Source: a bacterium (lineage in GTDB: Bacteria > Bacteroidota > Bacteroidia > Bacteroidales > Bacteroidaceae). Taken from it: a DNA stretch of 64,000 bases. A model generated the notes under the pieces. It was not told the origin of the DNA. It saw nothing but the letters and a program-made list of their open reading frames with translations, and searched no databases. Shown here one piece after another: positions 8,670-17,532 of the stretch (position 1 is the first letter of the stretch; the number at the start of each line of letters is the position of its first letter). The DNA is taken from the NCBI GenBank assembly GCA_963661195.1, contig CAVLBD010000007.1, positions 2,963 to 66,962 on the forward strand, written 5' to 3'. Both the position numbers and the translations under genes were made by a program.

Positions 8670-10592
8670 TTACTTCACCATAACCTTCATTGTCTGTCCG
8701 TTGCTCATCTTCACGATGTTCAATCCCTTCTGTGGTGCAGAAAGAAGTTGTCCGTCTATGGTATAACGAGCTACTTCAACAACATTACTATCGTTAACAA
8801 CACCGTTGATGCCTGTTGCGTCGTACGGATAGTCACATCCTATTGAGTTCTCTATGGCATTGTCTGTGTAGTCATTTTCGTTGTGCTTGTTGAGGAATGC
8901 AATCAGCTTAAGGTCTTTCTTAACCCATGCTGTGCTCAATGTTATGCTGAAGTTCGCCTCAAAAGCGTTGTTGTTCCAAGTTACGGCTTCACCCCAAGGA
9001 CTGTTGGCATATCGAATCACGTGCATGTGATAGTAAACGCCTGAAGCTCCGCTCTGGCTCTTTGCCTTAAGGCTATCCTGAGTCAGATAGAGAGTAAGGA
9101 GTGCAGACTCCTGGTCAAAACCTTCATTGCACTCACCTGTTACCTTTACGTTCAATATAGTACCGTCTTCGTTAGGCGTTGCTTCAATGTTCAGTGCTGC
9201 ATTTGATGTCTCGGCAAGCTGGCTGTCGATAAATGCTGCCATTATTGTAGCACTGTAAGCGTTTATGCTGAAGACGTTGCCCAGGTTAGATCCATTGCTT
9301 GGCACAATCTCGCTGTTACGGTTTAACATTACACCAGGAGCAAATGTCGAACCTGTACCGCCATACATAAGGCTTGTGATCTGTGAGTCCCAGTTCTTTG
9401 TGAGCCAATCTGTATAATATCCTGAGTGGTGGCATGCTGCGTAGACGCGTGTTTCGTCAACTTTTGCCAGTGTATTGTGGAGTATTTTTGCACCTGTAGG
9501 GCATTGTGGACATTGCTCTGTGGTAAATTCTTCTACAACGCAGTTGCGGTCGTATACTTTGTCAACCACAACTAAAGAGCCATTGGCAACCTTGTCAGTT
9601 GACTGGTTCTCTTGTCCGTTAACTTTTGTGACTTCTATAGTTATTGCCTTTGTGCCTTTTGCTGTTTGAGCGGGAATGGTTACATCAAAATAACCACTGT
9701 TGCTTACTTCTATAGCAGAAGCAAGATCAACATGCTGTTCTGCGCTAGCCACACCGTCAACCGTGAGGATATAATCAAGACTGCTCACGGCTTCCTTACT
9801 GTTGTTGAAGAATTCAACGGAAATAGTCTTCTCTGCGTTAAGACCCGCAATGGCCTTCTTGAAATCGCTTGGAGTAACGTCATAGTCGTTGAATTCGCCT
9901 TCCACGATAAGCTGCACGCTTAGGTTTCCGTTGGTGTTGCCGAAGTTATACCAACCTTCTCCGCTACCGTTGTAAGCTGCTGAAATATTGGCATATATAT
10001 ACAAATACTGGTCAGATAATCCTTCGTTAACAATAGACAAGGGATAGCAATCATCAGTGTAATACTGTCCGCTTCTTGTTGCCTTTTGGTTGTAGTCAAA
10101 GCCTACTAAGTAGCTCTTGTCTGCTTCTATGGTATATGGTGTTTCCAAAGTTACCGTGTTCCATCCTTTAACTGTTGAAGCAACGTCCTGTGAAACAACA
10201 TCGCTAAGAATGCCCTTGTCGCTTACTGGAGCCACGAATACGCGTGAAGTTTCAAGAGCAGCGCAAAGACCGAAACGTATTGCTACAATCTTCTTGCCAA
10301 CATAGGGTGAGAGGATGTCTGATGTTAATTCTATTGCAGCCTTTGCACCGGAGAAAGCTCCATAGTTGGGGATACCTACACCATAATCTGCCAAAGCATC
10401 AGATGTGTAGAGACCTACTATACGCTGGTTTTCTTTAATGTCTGTCTTTGCAGGTGCCGCCTTAAGAGGTGCTACTATGGCCTTGAGGTTCTTCTCTACC
10501 GAGAGACCTTTAACCTTGGCAGCGTCTACTTGTGCGAAAGCTGCCGTGGAAGCAACGAAAATTGTTGCAAGCGAGAGTAAAAATTTTCTCAT
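8670..10592 (-). CDS. Multi-domain Omp28-like CxxC surface protein with T9SS C-terminal sorting domain
   Basis: Signal peptide ...AAFA|QVDA. Central thioredoxin-like segment VVEEFTTEQCPQCP (CxxC at 9501-9512), then YYHMHVIRY and WVKKDLKLIAFL, all shared with the Omp28-like lipoprotein at 11374..12186. The C-terminus ...YTIDGQLLSAPQKGLNIVKMSNGQTMKVMVK is a typical T9SS CTD. Confidence 0.7.
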   Translation of the reverse strand: MRKFLLSLATIFVASTAAFAQVDAAKVKGLSVEKNLKAIVAPLKAAPAKTDIKENQRIVGLYTSDALADYGVGIPNYGAFSGAKAAIELTSDILSPYVGKKIVAIRFGLCAALETSRVFVAPVSDKGILSDVVSQDVASTVKGWNTVTLETPYTIEADKSYLVGFDYNQKATRSGQYYTDDCYPLSIVNEGLSDQYLYIYANISAAYNGSGEGWYNFGNTNGNLSVQLIVEGEFNDYDVTPSDFKKAIAGLNAEKTISVEFFNNSKEAVSSLDYILTVDGVASAEQHVDLASAIEVSNSGYFDVTIPAQTAKGTKAITIEVTKVNGQENQSTDKVANGSLVVVDKVYDRNCVVEEFTTEQCPQCPTGAKILHNTLAKVDETRVYAACHHSGYYTDWLTKNWDSQITSLMYGGTGSTFAPGVMLNRNSEIVPSNGSNLGNVFSINAYSATIMAAFIDSQLAETSNAALNIEATPNEDGTILNVKVTGECNEGFDQESALLTLYLTQDSLKAKSQSGASGVYYHMHVIRYANSPWGEAVTWNNNAFEANFSITLSTAWVKKDLKLIAFLNKHNENDYTDNAIENSIGCDYPYDATGINGVVNDSNVVEVARYTIDGQLLSAPQKGLNIVKMSNGQTMKVMVK

Positions 10593-10614
10593 AATAAAAA
10601 TGTGTTTGTACGTT

Positions 10615-11298
10615 TTACTTTTGTATCATCTTAATTGTCTTGCCATTGGTATATTTAACCAATGTTACTCCGTTGGCAAGAGGGGCGCTAATCTGCTGTC
10701 CGCTCATAGTATAGAATGCTTCAACTTTTGCACCATCAGTAGATACGCCATTTATGCTTGCTGGCTCGGAATAAATAAAGTTAATCTTCACCTTCGGACC
10801 AAAAGCCTTGAATGTGTTATAGTCGGGCATTTCCATTTTGATTACGGGGTTGTAGACCATCTTTATTTCCTGGATGTAGAGTTGGAATGTAGCGGTGCTT
10901 GCACCATAGGTGGCTGGCTTCCATTCCGTTAAGAAATCTCTTGTCTCTTCTGCATCAAGCACATTTGGTTCTGTTGATCTTTCAGCTACGCTACCCACAT
11001 TCTGGCATGTGTTTGGGAAACAGCAGGAAATTTCACCATTGTCTATCTTCTCTACTGTTACATGGCAGAGTGTTGCCACCTCATCTGAAGTATTGTTCTT
11101 CACGTAGAGACCTGTTACAATTTGGACGTTGCCCAAAGTGTCAATTTCTTCAGTCTCAGTGCGTGTTAGCTCAGTGCCGTCGGCAATAACGTTGCCTGCC
11201 TTGTCAACAAACGAAAGTGACGTAAGGTCGGTCTGTGCGTTTGCCTGCATGCAAAGCAAGCTCATCCCGAGCAGAATAAAACTTTTAATTGTCTTCAT
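10615..11298 (-). CDS. Small secreted protein with T9SS C-terminal sorting domain (function unknown)
   Basis: Signal ...QANA|QTDL. Contains a four-Cys cluster (LCH...SCCFPNTC). The C-terminus AFYTMSGQQISAPLANGVTLVKYTNGKTIKMIQK matches the T9SS CTD pattern. Confidence 0.6.
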   Translation of the reverse strand: MKTIKSFILLGMSLLCMQANAQTDLTSLSFVDKAGNVIADGTELTRTETEEIDTLGNVQIVTGLYVKNNTSDEVATLCHVTVEKIDNGEISCCFPNTCQNVGSVAERSTEPNVLDAEETRDFLTEWKPATYGASTATFQLYIQEIKMVYNPVIKMEMPDYNTFKAFGPKVKINFIYSEPASINGVSTDGAKVEAFYTMSGQQISAPLANGVTLVKYTNGKTIKMIQK

Positions 11299-11373
11299 AT
11301 TGTTTTATTTGTTTTACTGTTATTTTGTTCTTTTCTTGTTTCTTGCAGTAGTAGTTTTGCTTTCCGTTGTTTC

Positions 11374-12186
11374 CTACTTAGCGATGAGAGGTGTTTTCTC
11401 AACTTGTTGCACACCGTCTGAATTGAATACAAACGCTACGACAGATAGATTCTCCGGCTTCCATGCATCGTCTATTGGATATGTGAATGAATCGGTGGAG
11501 CCTTCCCCTTTATCAATAATAACAATGTCGCCGTCTTTGTCGTTTACTGATGCACGGAAAACATGGTTATGCACGTATTCGTTGTTTATGCTGCCGTCAG
11601 GCATATATTGCATATCAACAATGTTGTCTTCAACCAACCATATCTGCACCTTGCCGTTATAATCCTGAATTGCGGAAACAGTAACGCTGATATCGGCAGT
11701 TTTCTTTGTGGCATCGTATGAAACTTTGTTGGTAATCATTACTGGTGGCTCGTTCTCAATCAGCGCCCCTACATATGCTGCAAGATAGGCAGTGTTATAG
11801 AATGGTGCTCCTCCGGCACGGTCAACCATACAGGCCGGTTGTGCCCTCACACCCCATGTGGTGTAGTAAGAGTTGCCTGTTTCTGTGGTCAGCGACCATG
11901 GCTTATGACCTTGTGCAACGGGAGAATAACCATAGTCGCCACCATATATTCCGACAGCAATGACGTTCTCTTCGCCATATTGTTCCTGAAGCTTGGCAAT
12001 CTCTTGGGCGGCTCTAGGGCAGTTGACACAACTCTGCCCTGTGAAGTCCTCTACCAATACATGTTTTTTTACTTCGGATGGTTCTACATATCTAATACGG
12101 TCGTTCTCGTCTATAGTGGAGCAGGCTGCGAACTGCAAAGCCACGGCAGCGAAAGTTAAACCGTAGATGTATTTTATGATATTCAT
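11374..12186 (-). CDS. Omp28-related outer-membrane lipoprotein (thioredoxin-like CxxC)
   Basis: Lipobox LQFAAC|S. VLVEDFTGQSCVNCP has its CxxC at 12019-12030. HNHVFR and ENLSVVAFV are also present. Size and motifs fit the Omp28 family named after Porphyromonas gingivalis Omp28. Confidence 0.7.
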   Translation of the reverse strand: MNIIKYIYGLTFAAVALQFAACSTIDENDRIRYVEPSEVKKHVLVEDFTGQSCVNCPRAAQEIAKLQEQYGEENVIAVGIYGGDYGYSPVAQGHKPWSLTTETGNSYYTTWGVRAQPACMVDRAGGAPFYNTAYLAAYVGALIENEPPVMITNKVSYDATKKTADISVTVSAIQDYNGKVQIWLVEDNIVDMQYMPDGSINNEYVHNHVFRASVNDKDGDIVIIDKGEGSTDSFTYPIDDAWKPENLSVVAFVFNSDGVQQVEKTPLIAK

Positions 12187-12192
12187 TGTTTG

Positions 12193-13860
12193 TTAGAAAT
12201 TATAGTTGTAAGACAGAGTGAAACCCTTGCTTGCCGGCACCATGCGGCAAACACCTCCTGAGCAGTTATAGCCAGCGCGAGTGCGTCCGTATCCTAGCTG
12301 CAGACGGTGTGAACCGGTGTTGAAGGTTATGAGTCCTTGATAGTAATGAAGGTGACTCACGTCGCAATTGTACATGTCGGAAACGGTGAACATCCAATGT
12401 GGAAGAACCGACAGTTCAAGAAGTCCGTAAACCCAATCGCCTTCGTCCTGCTTTGTTGACAGATACTGTGCTTCACCGCGAAGTGTAACCTTGTTGTTGA
12501 ACTTGTATTTCGCATCAGCTACAAAAATGTCGGAGTGAATCATTCCGCCTTCGCCCTCAATGACAGTCTTGTTATAGAACTGGTTCATATACATGAGGTT
12601 GAGTGTGAAGGAACGCGTGAACTTCTTGTCAAAATGAATGTTCAAGTCTTGATAGTAAGTCTGCGAACCCCATTTCCAAAAGGCTGAGCCATATCCGTCT
12701 GTTCCAATGAAATTTTCGCCTCCGGTGTGGTTGTTACGGTTGATGGCATGTATGTGAGAGAAATTAACCTTTACATTTGCACCATATTTTCCGCCGAGCC
12801 ATGTGTGTTTTTTGAATCTGTAGCCGAACTCTGCTTGATAGGCCCATTCACCGTTTGGCTGCGTGGCGTATGGATAGAGGGCGGCAAGAGCATAGGTTTG
12901 CTCTGTACTAAAGGCTGGAAGATTGTTGATGTTAGATGACAATCCCTGTACGCTGCGTTCGCTACGGAAGGTCATGTTGTCGGAACGCTTGGCCTGAAGT
13001 AACACGCTAAGCCCGTTTCTTGAATAAGATGTGGAGAGCATTGCTACAGTTCCCTTGCGGTAGATGTAAGGATAGAGGCGATCGTATGTCGGGTCTTCTG
13101 TCTTCCAGGCGTATTCGGCAAGGATATTGAAGTTGCCTGCCTGTAGTGTTGTGCGTACGTCGAAAGCGTTGACCGTGCTCGGAAGATTAAGGACATGAGT
13201 TGGATCTACCCAAATATCTTCATCGGCAGACTCGTATTTGTTCACCCATGATGCACCAAGTGTAAGGTAAGTATTATGCTCTTGCATGCTTTTCACCCAC
13301 TGGTCAACGCTCAGTTCCAGGTCTGCACCGCTCACCCAAGAGTTGTTCCATTTCCAATAGTGGCGCTGTTTTCCTGACAAAGCTTTTATTTGCACTCCCT
13401 TAACAGGCCGCAAAACAAGCTTTCCGCCGAGCAGAGAGTTGTCTATACCTAAGCTGCGCTCTTCATACGTCCGTAGGATGAAGCCAGAGCCGAACTGCTC
13501 ATAGAATGTTCCGAGCGTTAGATCCCAATTGTCGAAATGCGCCTTTATATAGAAATTTGGCACGCCCCATCCCTTGAATTTTTCTGTTGCAGTGGCATAT
13601 CCCGGCAGGGGATGTTTTGTAAATTCAAAGCGCAGTCCTGCATCAAGATGGTTGCTGCGTGCGGCAATGTCTGCATATGTATTGGTAAGTGCCCATTCAT
13701 TGGTTTTTTCCGTGCCGATAGCTTCATCGTCTTGCGGAATAAGGATGTCGCTCTGTATACTTCCGCTGATGGTAAACTTGTCGTCTGACGTTTCTTGTGC
13801 CTGCATAGCATTTGTGGCGGCGAGAAGTGCTGCTAGCGAAAAGAATAGTCTTGGTCTCAT
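12193..13860 (-). CDS. Orphan outer-membrane beta-barrel protein (possibly DUF6029-like)
   Basis: I place the start at Met27 of the listed ORF (MRPRLFFSLAALLAATNAMQA|QETS), which gives a proper signal peptide. Alternating hydrophobic beta-strand periodicity runs throughout. The C-terminus ...FTLSYNYNF is the aromatic OMP signature. The family name is from memory only. Confidence 0.6.
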   Translation of the reverse strand: MRPRLFFSLAALLAATNAMQAQETSDDKFTISGSIQSDILIPQDDEAIGTEKTNEWALTNTYADIAARSNHLDAGLRFEFTKHPLPGYATATEKFKGWGVPNFYIKAHFDNWDLTLGTFYEQFGSGFILRTYEERSLGIDNSLLGGKLVLRPVKGVQIKALSGKQRHYWKWNNSWVSGADLELSVDQWVKSMQEHNTYLTLGASWVNKYESADEDIWVDPTHVLNLPSTVNAFDVRTTLQAGNFNILAEYAWKTEDPTYDRLYPYIYRKGTVAMLSTSYSRNGLSVLLQAKRSDNMTFRSERSVQGLSSNINNLPAFSTEQTYALAALYPYATQPNGEWAYQAEFGYRFKKHTWLGGKYGANVKVNFSHIHAINRNNHTGGENFIGTDGYGSAFWKWGSQTYYQDLNIHFDKKFTRSFTLNLMYMNQFYNKTVIEGEGGMIHSDIFVADAKYKFNNKVTLRGEAQYLSTKQDEGDWVYGLLELSVLPHWMFTVSDMYNCDVSHLHYYQGLITFNTGSHRLQLGYGRTRAGYNCSGGVCRMVPASKGFTLSYNYNF

Positions 13861-13961
13861 TTGACTTTTTCTGTTGTGTGATTTTAGTTGACAAATGTTT
13901 GGCATGAAAGCAAATACCTTCAGCAAATGGCTCATCATTCATGCCTACATATTGCGAGAAA

Positions 13962-13997
13962 AGTCTTATACCGCATGTATTTATACGGCATAAGACT
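13962..13997 (-). terminator. Weak hairpin between tlpA and the barrel gene (possible attenuator or terminator)
   Basis: AGTCTTATACCG / CGGCATAAGACT with one mismatch. The minus-strand downstream run is only TTTTCTC. Confidence 0.3.
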
Positions 13998-14014
13998 TTG
14001 GATTTTACGTTGAT

Positions 14015-14539
14015 TTACTTGTTTGTCAGTTCTCTCACCTTTTCGATGAGTTCCTGTTCAGCTCCTTCTGTATAACCATTGTGCTTGTAGACAATCTTGC
14101 CGTCACCGTCGCAGATGATAACGAAAGGTATCATCTCTCCGCCAAACGACTTGCGGAACTCACTGTTTTGGTCAAGGATAACTTCGTAAGGCCATCCGTG
14201 CTGGTCAACGAGGGGCTTTACTTTGCTTGCGTTCTGGGCCTTGTCTATAGATACGGCAAAGACCTTTACGCCTGTCTCGTTCTGCCAGTCTTCATATACT
14301 TCGCCTATTGCAGAGAGCTCACGATTGCATGGTTTGCACCATGTTGCGAAGAAATCTATGATGAACGGCTTGCCATCGTTGCTTAATGTTGCCGTATCAA
14401 CTGTTTTCCCGTCGATAGTCTTCAGTTTAAAGGACGGAAGTTGAGCATTGGCACTCCCCACAGCAGCGAAAAACAACATTGCCAATACGAGCATGTTTCT
14501 GCCCGTTTTGCCCAATTTGGTGAAACAATCTTTTCTCAT
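14015..14539 (-). CDS. TlpA-family periplasmic thiol-disulfide oxidoreductase
   Basis: Signal peptide ...GSANA|QLPS. Active site FFATWCKPCNREL, plus the FAVSIDK and ...IPFVIICDGDGKIVYKH thioredoxin-fold motifs. Confidence 0.85.
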   Translation of the reverse strand: MRKDCFTKLGKTGRNMLVLAMLFFAAVGSANAQLPSFKLKTIDGKTVDTATLSNDGKPFIIDFFATWCKPCNRELSAIGEVYEDWQNETGVKVFAVSIDKAQNASKVKPLVDQHGWPYEVILDQNSEFRKSFGGEMIPFVIICDGDGKIVYKHNGYTEGAEQELIEKVRELTNK

Positions 14540-14591
14540 GAGGTTATTGGATCTTTAGTCGATTATTTAATAACATGCGTAATACTTTGGG

Positions 14592-14599
14592 CAAAAGTA
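14592..14599 (-). promoter_or_regulatory. -7 box (TActTTTG on the minus strand) upstream of tlpA
   Basis: Plus-strand CAAAAGTA, 53 nt upstream of the ATG at 14539. Confidence 0.45.
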
Positions 14600-14796
14600 G
14601 TGATAATCCAGTTTGTTACCAAGGAAAAAACAAAAAAAATGAATTAAACAGCTGTTTTCATTAACAATTCATTCGCTTTTGTGGGCTTCATAATTGTTAT
14701 GTGATATTTTTACACTTCTTTTTATATCATTATGGAAAGCTAGGAAGAACGGCGACAAAACGTAAATATTTTTTTGTTATTGCTTTGTTTTTGTGT

Positions 14797-14804
14797 TATA
14801 TTTG
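14797..14804 (+). promoter_or_regulatory. -7 box TAtaTTTG upstream of the 378-aa orphan gene
   Basis: Exact TAnnTTTG 23 nt upstream of the ATG at 14827. Confidence 0.45.
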
Positions 14805-14826
14805 CAGTACTTAACCTATACATAAT

Positions 14827-15963
14827 ATGAGTGACAAACATAGCAACGAAAAGGATTGCTCATTTGATGAACTTCTAGAAGCTATAGAAGCATCGGTATG
14901 GACTCCTAACGAAACGGCTTGGTGCATTTACAATTACTTGAAAAAGAACTATGCCACCGATTCCTCAAAATTAGTGCGCACACTGCTTTCTGCATATATT
15001 AGGCTTGAGTTGGAGCGTCCTTCGCTCATACATTCGTGTATACTGAGCCTAGCAGTGAAAGTAAGCAATACATATGCGGACTTCAATTTTCCTGTGTTTC
15101 TTGAATATTGGGGATTTCCAAAACTTCTGCGCAGGGAGGACACGGAACGTCAGAAGGGAAAAGATGGAAGAACATTCTTATCATTAAAAGAACGGGCAGA
15201 GCGAAGACGGGATTCTTGGCTTCTTCATCATGGTGATAAAGGGAACTCAACCAACATAAGAACAATGTTTGCCGTGAAAGTTTTTGAGAAAGAGAAAAAC
15301 GGGCGAAACTTGCGTTTTGTAAAGTTGGTGGCTGGAGATGGATGGGAAACCATTGCTGAGAGCCACATGTTCCCATGCAAGCCATGGGAAATACAGGGAA
15401 CAATGTTTGATATCTTGATTAGAACTTCAGAGAAAGGAAACGACAGGGTGGTGGAGGTTGCGCCAACGGAAAAGACTCCGGAAGAAATTTTTCCTCCCGT
15501 CGCAGGCTATGTTGATGGTATAGACGTGGGGCATGGTCATGTCCACATTTTCGACGCAATCTCGCGCCACTTTGTTGCGGAATGCCCAAAGCTGAAATTA
15601 AGTGAGGGATGTTATGTGCTTTTCTCACCTATTGTCCCGGTTATGGATAAATTCAAGTCGGCTTATGTTATAAAGGCCTTTTCTCTTAGTGAGGGACGGG
15701 AAAAATTCGGATGGCTCGACTCGGACATTCTCTATGTAGATAGGGAGAAAAGATATTTTCGTTACAAGATTGTTTCGCCAATTAGTGAGACGCCAGAGGG
15801 GAAAGTTGAAAAAGAAGGAACTGCTCCATTAAGTTGTATTAACGATAGCCGGTTGGAGAAATCTTTGCATAATGGGCAGCGCATTTTCATTACGTTGTTT
15901 CTAAAGCGCGGCTTTGACAATATTAAGTGCAATCATGTGGCAGAAGCATTCTTGTTGGAGTGA
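14827..15963 (+). CDS. Hypothetical cytoplasmic protein, 378 aa, no recognisable family
   Basis: Long uninterrupted ORF with its own promoter box and no signal peptide. The N-terminal ~130 aa look helical. The C-terminal ~240 aa look like three beta-rich segments. I recognise no catalytic motif. Confidence 0.6.
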   Translation: MSDKHSNEKDCSFDELLEAIEASVWTPNETAWCIYNYLKKNYATDSSKLVRTLLSAYIRLELERPSLIHSCILSLAVKVSNTYADFNFPVFLEYWGFPKLLRREDTERQKGKDGRTFLSLKERAERRRDSWLLHHGDKGNSTNIRTMFAVKVFEKEKNGRNLRFVKLVAGDGWETIAESHMFPCKPWEIQGTMFDILIRTSEKGNDRVVEVAPTEKTPEEIFPPVAGYVDGIDVGHGHVHIFDAISRHFVAECPKLKLSEGCYVLFSPIVPVMDKFKSAYVIKAFSLSEGREKFGWLDSDILYVDREKRYFRYKIVSPISETPEGKVEKEGTAPLSCINDSRLEKSLHNGQRIFITLFLKRGFDNIKCNHVAEAFLLE

Positions 15964-16279
15964 TATTATGGGGCTGATTATCCTTGTAGTTGTGTATTGT
16001 CCCCTTCCAATATATATAGTGATAGCTTTGACACAAAAAAAGTCATAAGACAATCATTTTATTTTCAGTTTATTTGTGGCTTAAAATAGTATCATATAAG
16101 TATCTTATAGGTTTATTATGAATAAAACCCCGTTTGGCTTTAGGGTTTTCCCTAAAGAATAATATGGATTTACTATTTGCCGACATGAAAGGGAAATAGT
16201 AATTTTGCAACATGAAAAGTCAAAAGCTGACGCAATAACGGCAGCAATAGAAACATCAACCGATAAAAATTACACGATT

Positions 16280-16855
16280 ATGAAAAAGCTATACTCCTTA
16301 CTGACTATTGTTTTCATGACCATTGCTGCGATGACAATGACAAGTTGCGACCCTAATGAAGAAATGGCATACAACTTGTGGGGTGTGTGGCAAGGTAATA
16401 TGTATATGCAGAGTAGTTATAATGGGCGCGTATACCAGTCATCATACTCTGTCTTGGCCTTTGACAAAGATCCTTATGCCTATGCGCAGGGAACAGGATA
16501 TTGGATTGACTACTATAGCAACGCTCCTTTTGACAACTATTCCAGCCGCATAGAATGGAGGGTAGTCAACGGGGAACTACAGATATATTCAATAAAGGAA
16601 CAACGTACATACTATATCTATAATTATACTATGAATGGCAGGTATTTCAGTGGATATATTGATGACGGTGGCAGTAGCAACGGGGTGTATTTTGAATTGC
16701 AGAAGATATCATCGCCAAACTGGAGTGACTATGACTGGAACGGATATGACTACAATGACTATTACTATGGTTATAACTATGCTCCGGCACGCTCTGCAGC
16801 CAAAGGCGTGGATGCAGAACCTGTGAGAAGTGTTTGCAAGGATATAAAAAACTAA
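16280..16855 (+). CDS. Tyr/Asn/Asp-rich lipoprotein, function unknown
   Basis: The listed ORF opens at a TTG at 16205. The ATG at 16280 gives MKKLYSLLTIVFMTIAAMTMTSC|D, a signal peptide with lipobox. The mature part is aromatic-rich (YDWNGYDYNDYYYGYNY). Confidence 0.6.
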   Translation: MKKLYSLLTIVFMTIAAMTMTSCDPNEEMAYNLWGVWQGNMYMQSSYNGRVYQSSYSVLAFDKDPYAYAQGTGYWIDYYSNAPFDNYSSRIEWRVVNGELQIYSIKEQRTYYIYNYTMNGRYFSGYIDDGGSSNGVYFELQKISSPNWSDYDWNGYDYNDYYYGYNYAPARSAAKGVDAEPVRSVCKDIKN

Positions 16856-16871
16856 ATAAATTATTTATACA

Positions 16872-17402
16872 ATGAAGAAACTAGGATTATTGACAATGGT
16901 TATCGCCATGTTGTTTGCTACGGCTACAGCCATGGCAGGTGTGCAAAGTAAGAACACTATGCCTGACATAACTTATCCAAATGTGGGTACAAGCAACACA
17001 AATTACTGCAGAATTGCTTCCATAACATATGGCAGCACCATTACGATGGTTAAGCTGGTTTATAATACCGCCAAGGTAACATTTGAGGATACTAAAGGCA
17101 TTAGCATTGTTGACCAAGCTAATAACAAGACATATGAATTGAAGTTCATAAAAGGACTCAAGAGCGGTGAGGAAGTAGAACTGGAAGGAAAACGCTTCGT
17201 TACCCTTGTATTCCCCAAACTGAAAAAGAACCCACAAACGGTTAATATTGTATGGAATGGTGGCAATGATTTCCAATTTTTGAACGTGGATCTAACTCAG
17301 AGTGGCCCTATTCAAAGCGTTTTTGATAAGGATGCACTTGAAACAGAACTGAACAAGCAGTTTGAGAATGAAGGAATAAAATTCAAACAACTTGACAACT
17401 AA
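16872..17402 (+). CDS. Secreted hypothetical protein (176 aa)
   Basis: Signal peptide MKKLGLLTMVIAMLFATATAMA. It lies 16 nt after the previous gene and is followed by a strong terminator. Confidence 0.55.
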   Translation: MKKLGLLTMVIAMLFATATAMAGVQSKNTMPDITYPNVGTSNTNYCRIASITYGSTITMVKLVYNTAKVTFEDTKGISIVDQANNKTYELKFIKGLKSGEEVELEGKRFVTLVFPKLKKNPQTVNIVWNGGNDFQFLNVDLTQSGPIQSVFDKDALETELNKQFENEGIKFKQLDN

Positions 17403-17430
17403 GCACCCTATTTAATAGAGGATAAAAGGG

Positions 17431-17474
17431 AACTCCCGACATGCCGTTGAAAGCACGTCGGGAGTTTCTTTTTT
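17431..17474. terminator. Bidirectional terminator between convergent orphan genes
   Basis: Stem AACTCCCGAC (17431-17440) / GTCGGGAGTT (17457-17466), followed by TCTTTTTT. Confidence 0.8.
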
Positions 17475-17532
17475 ATTCTTTAGTTTTCTTGGTTGTTTCC
17501 TTTATATTGCCGTGATATTAGAAACATTGCTC

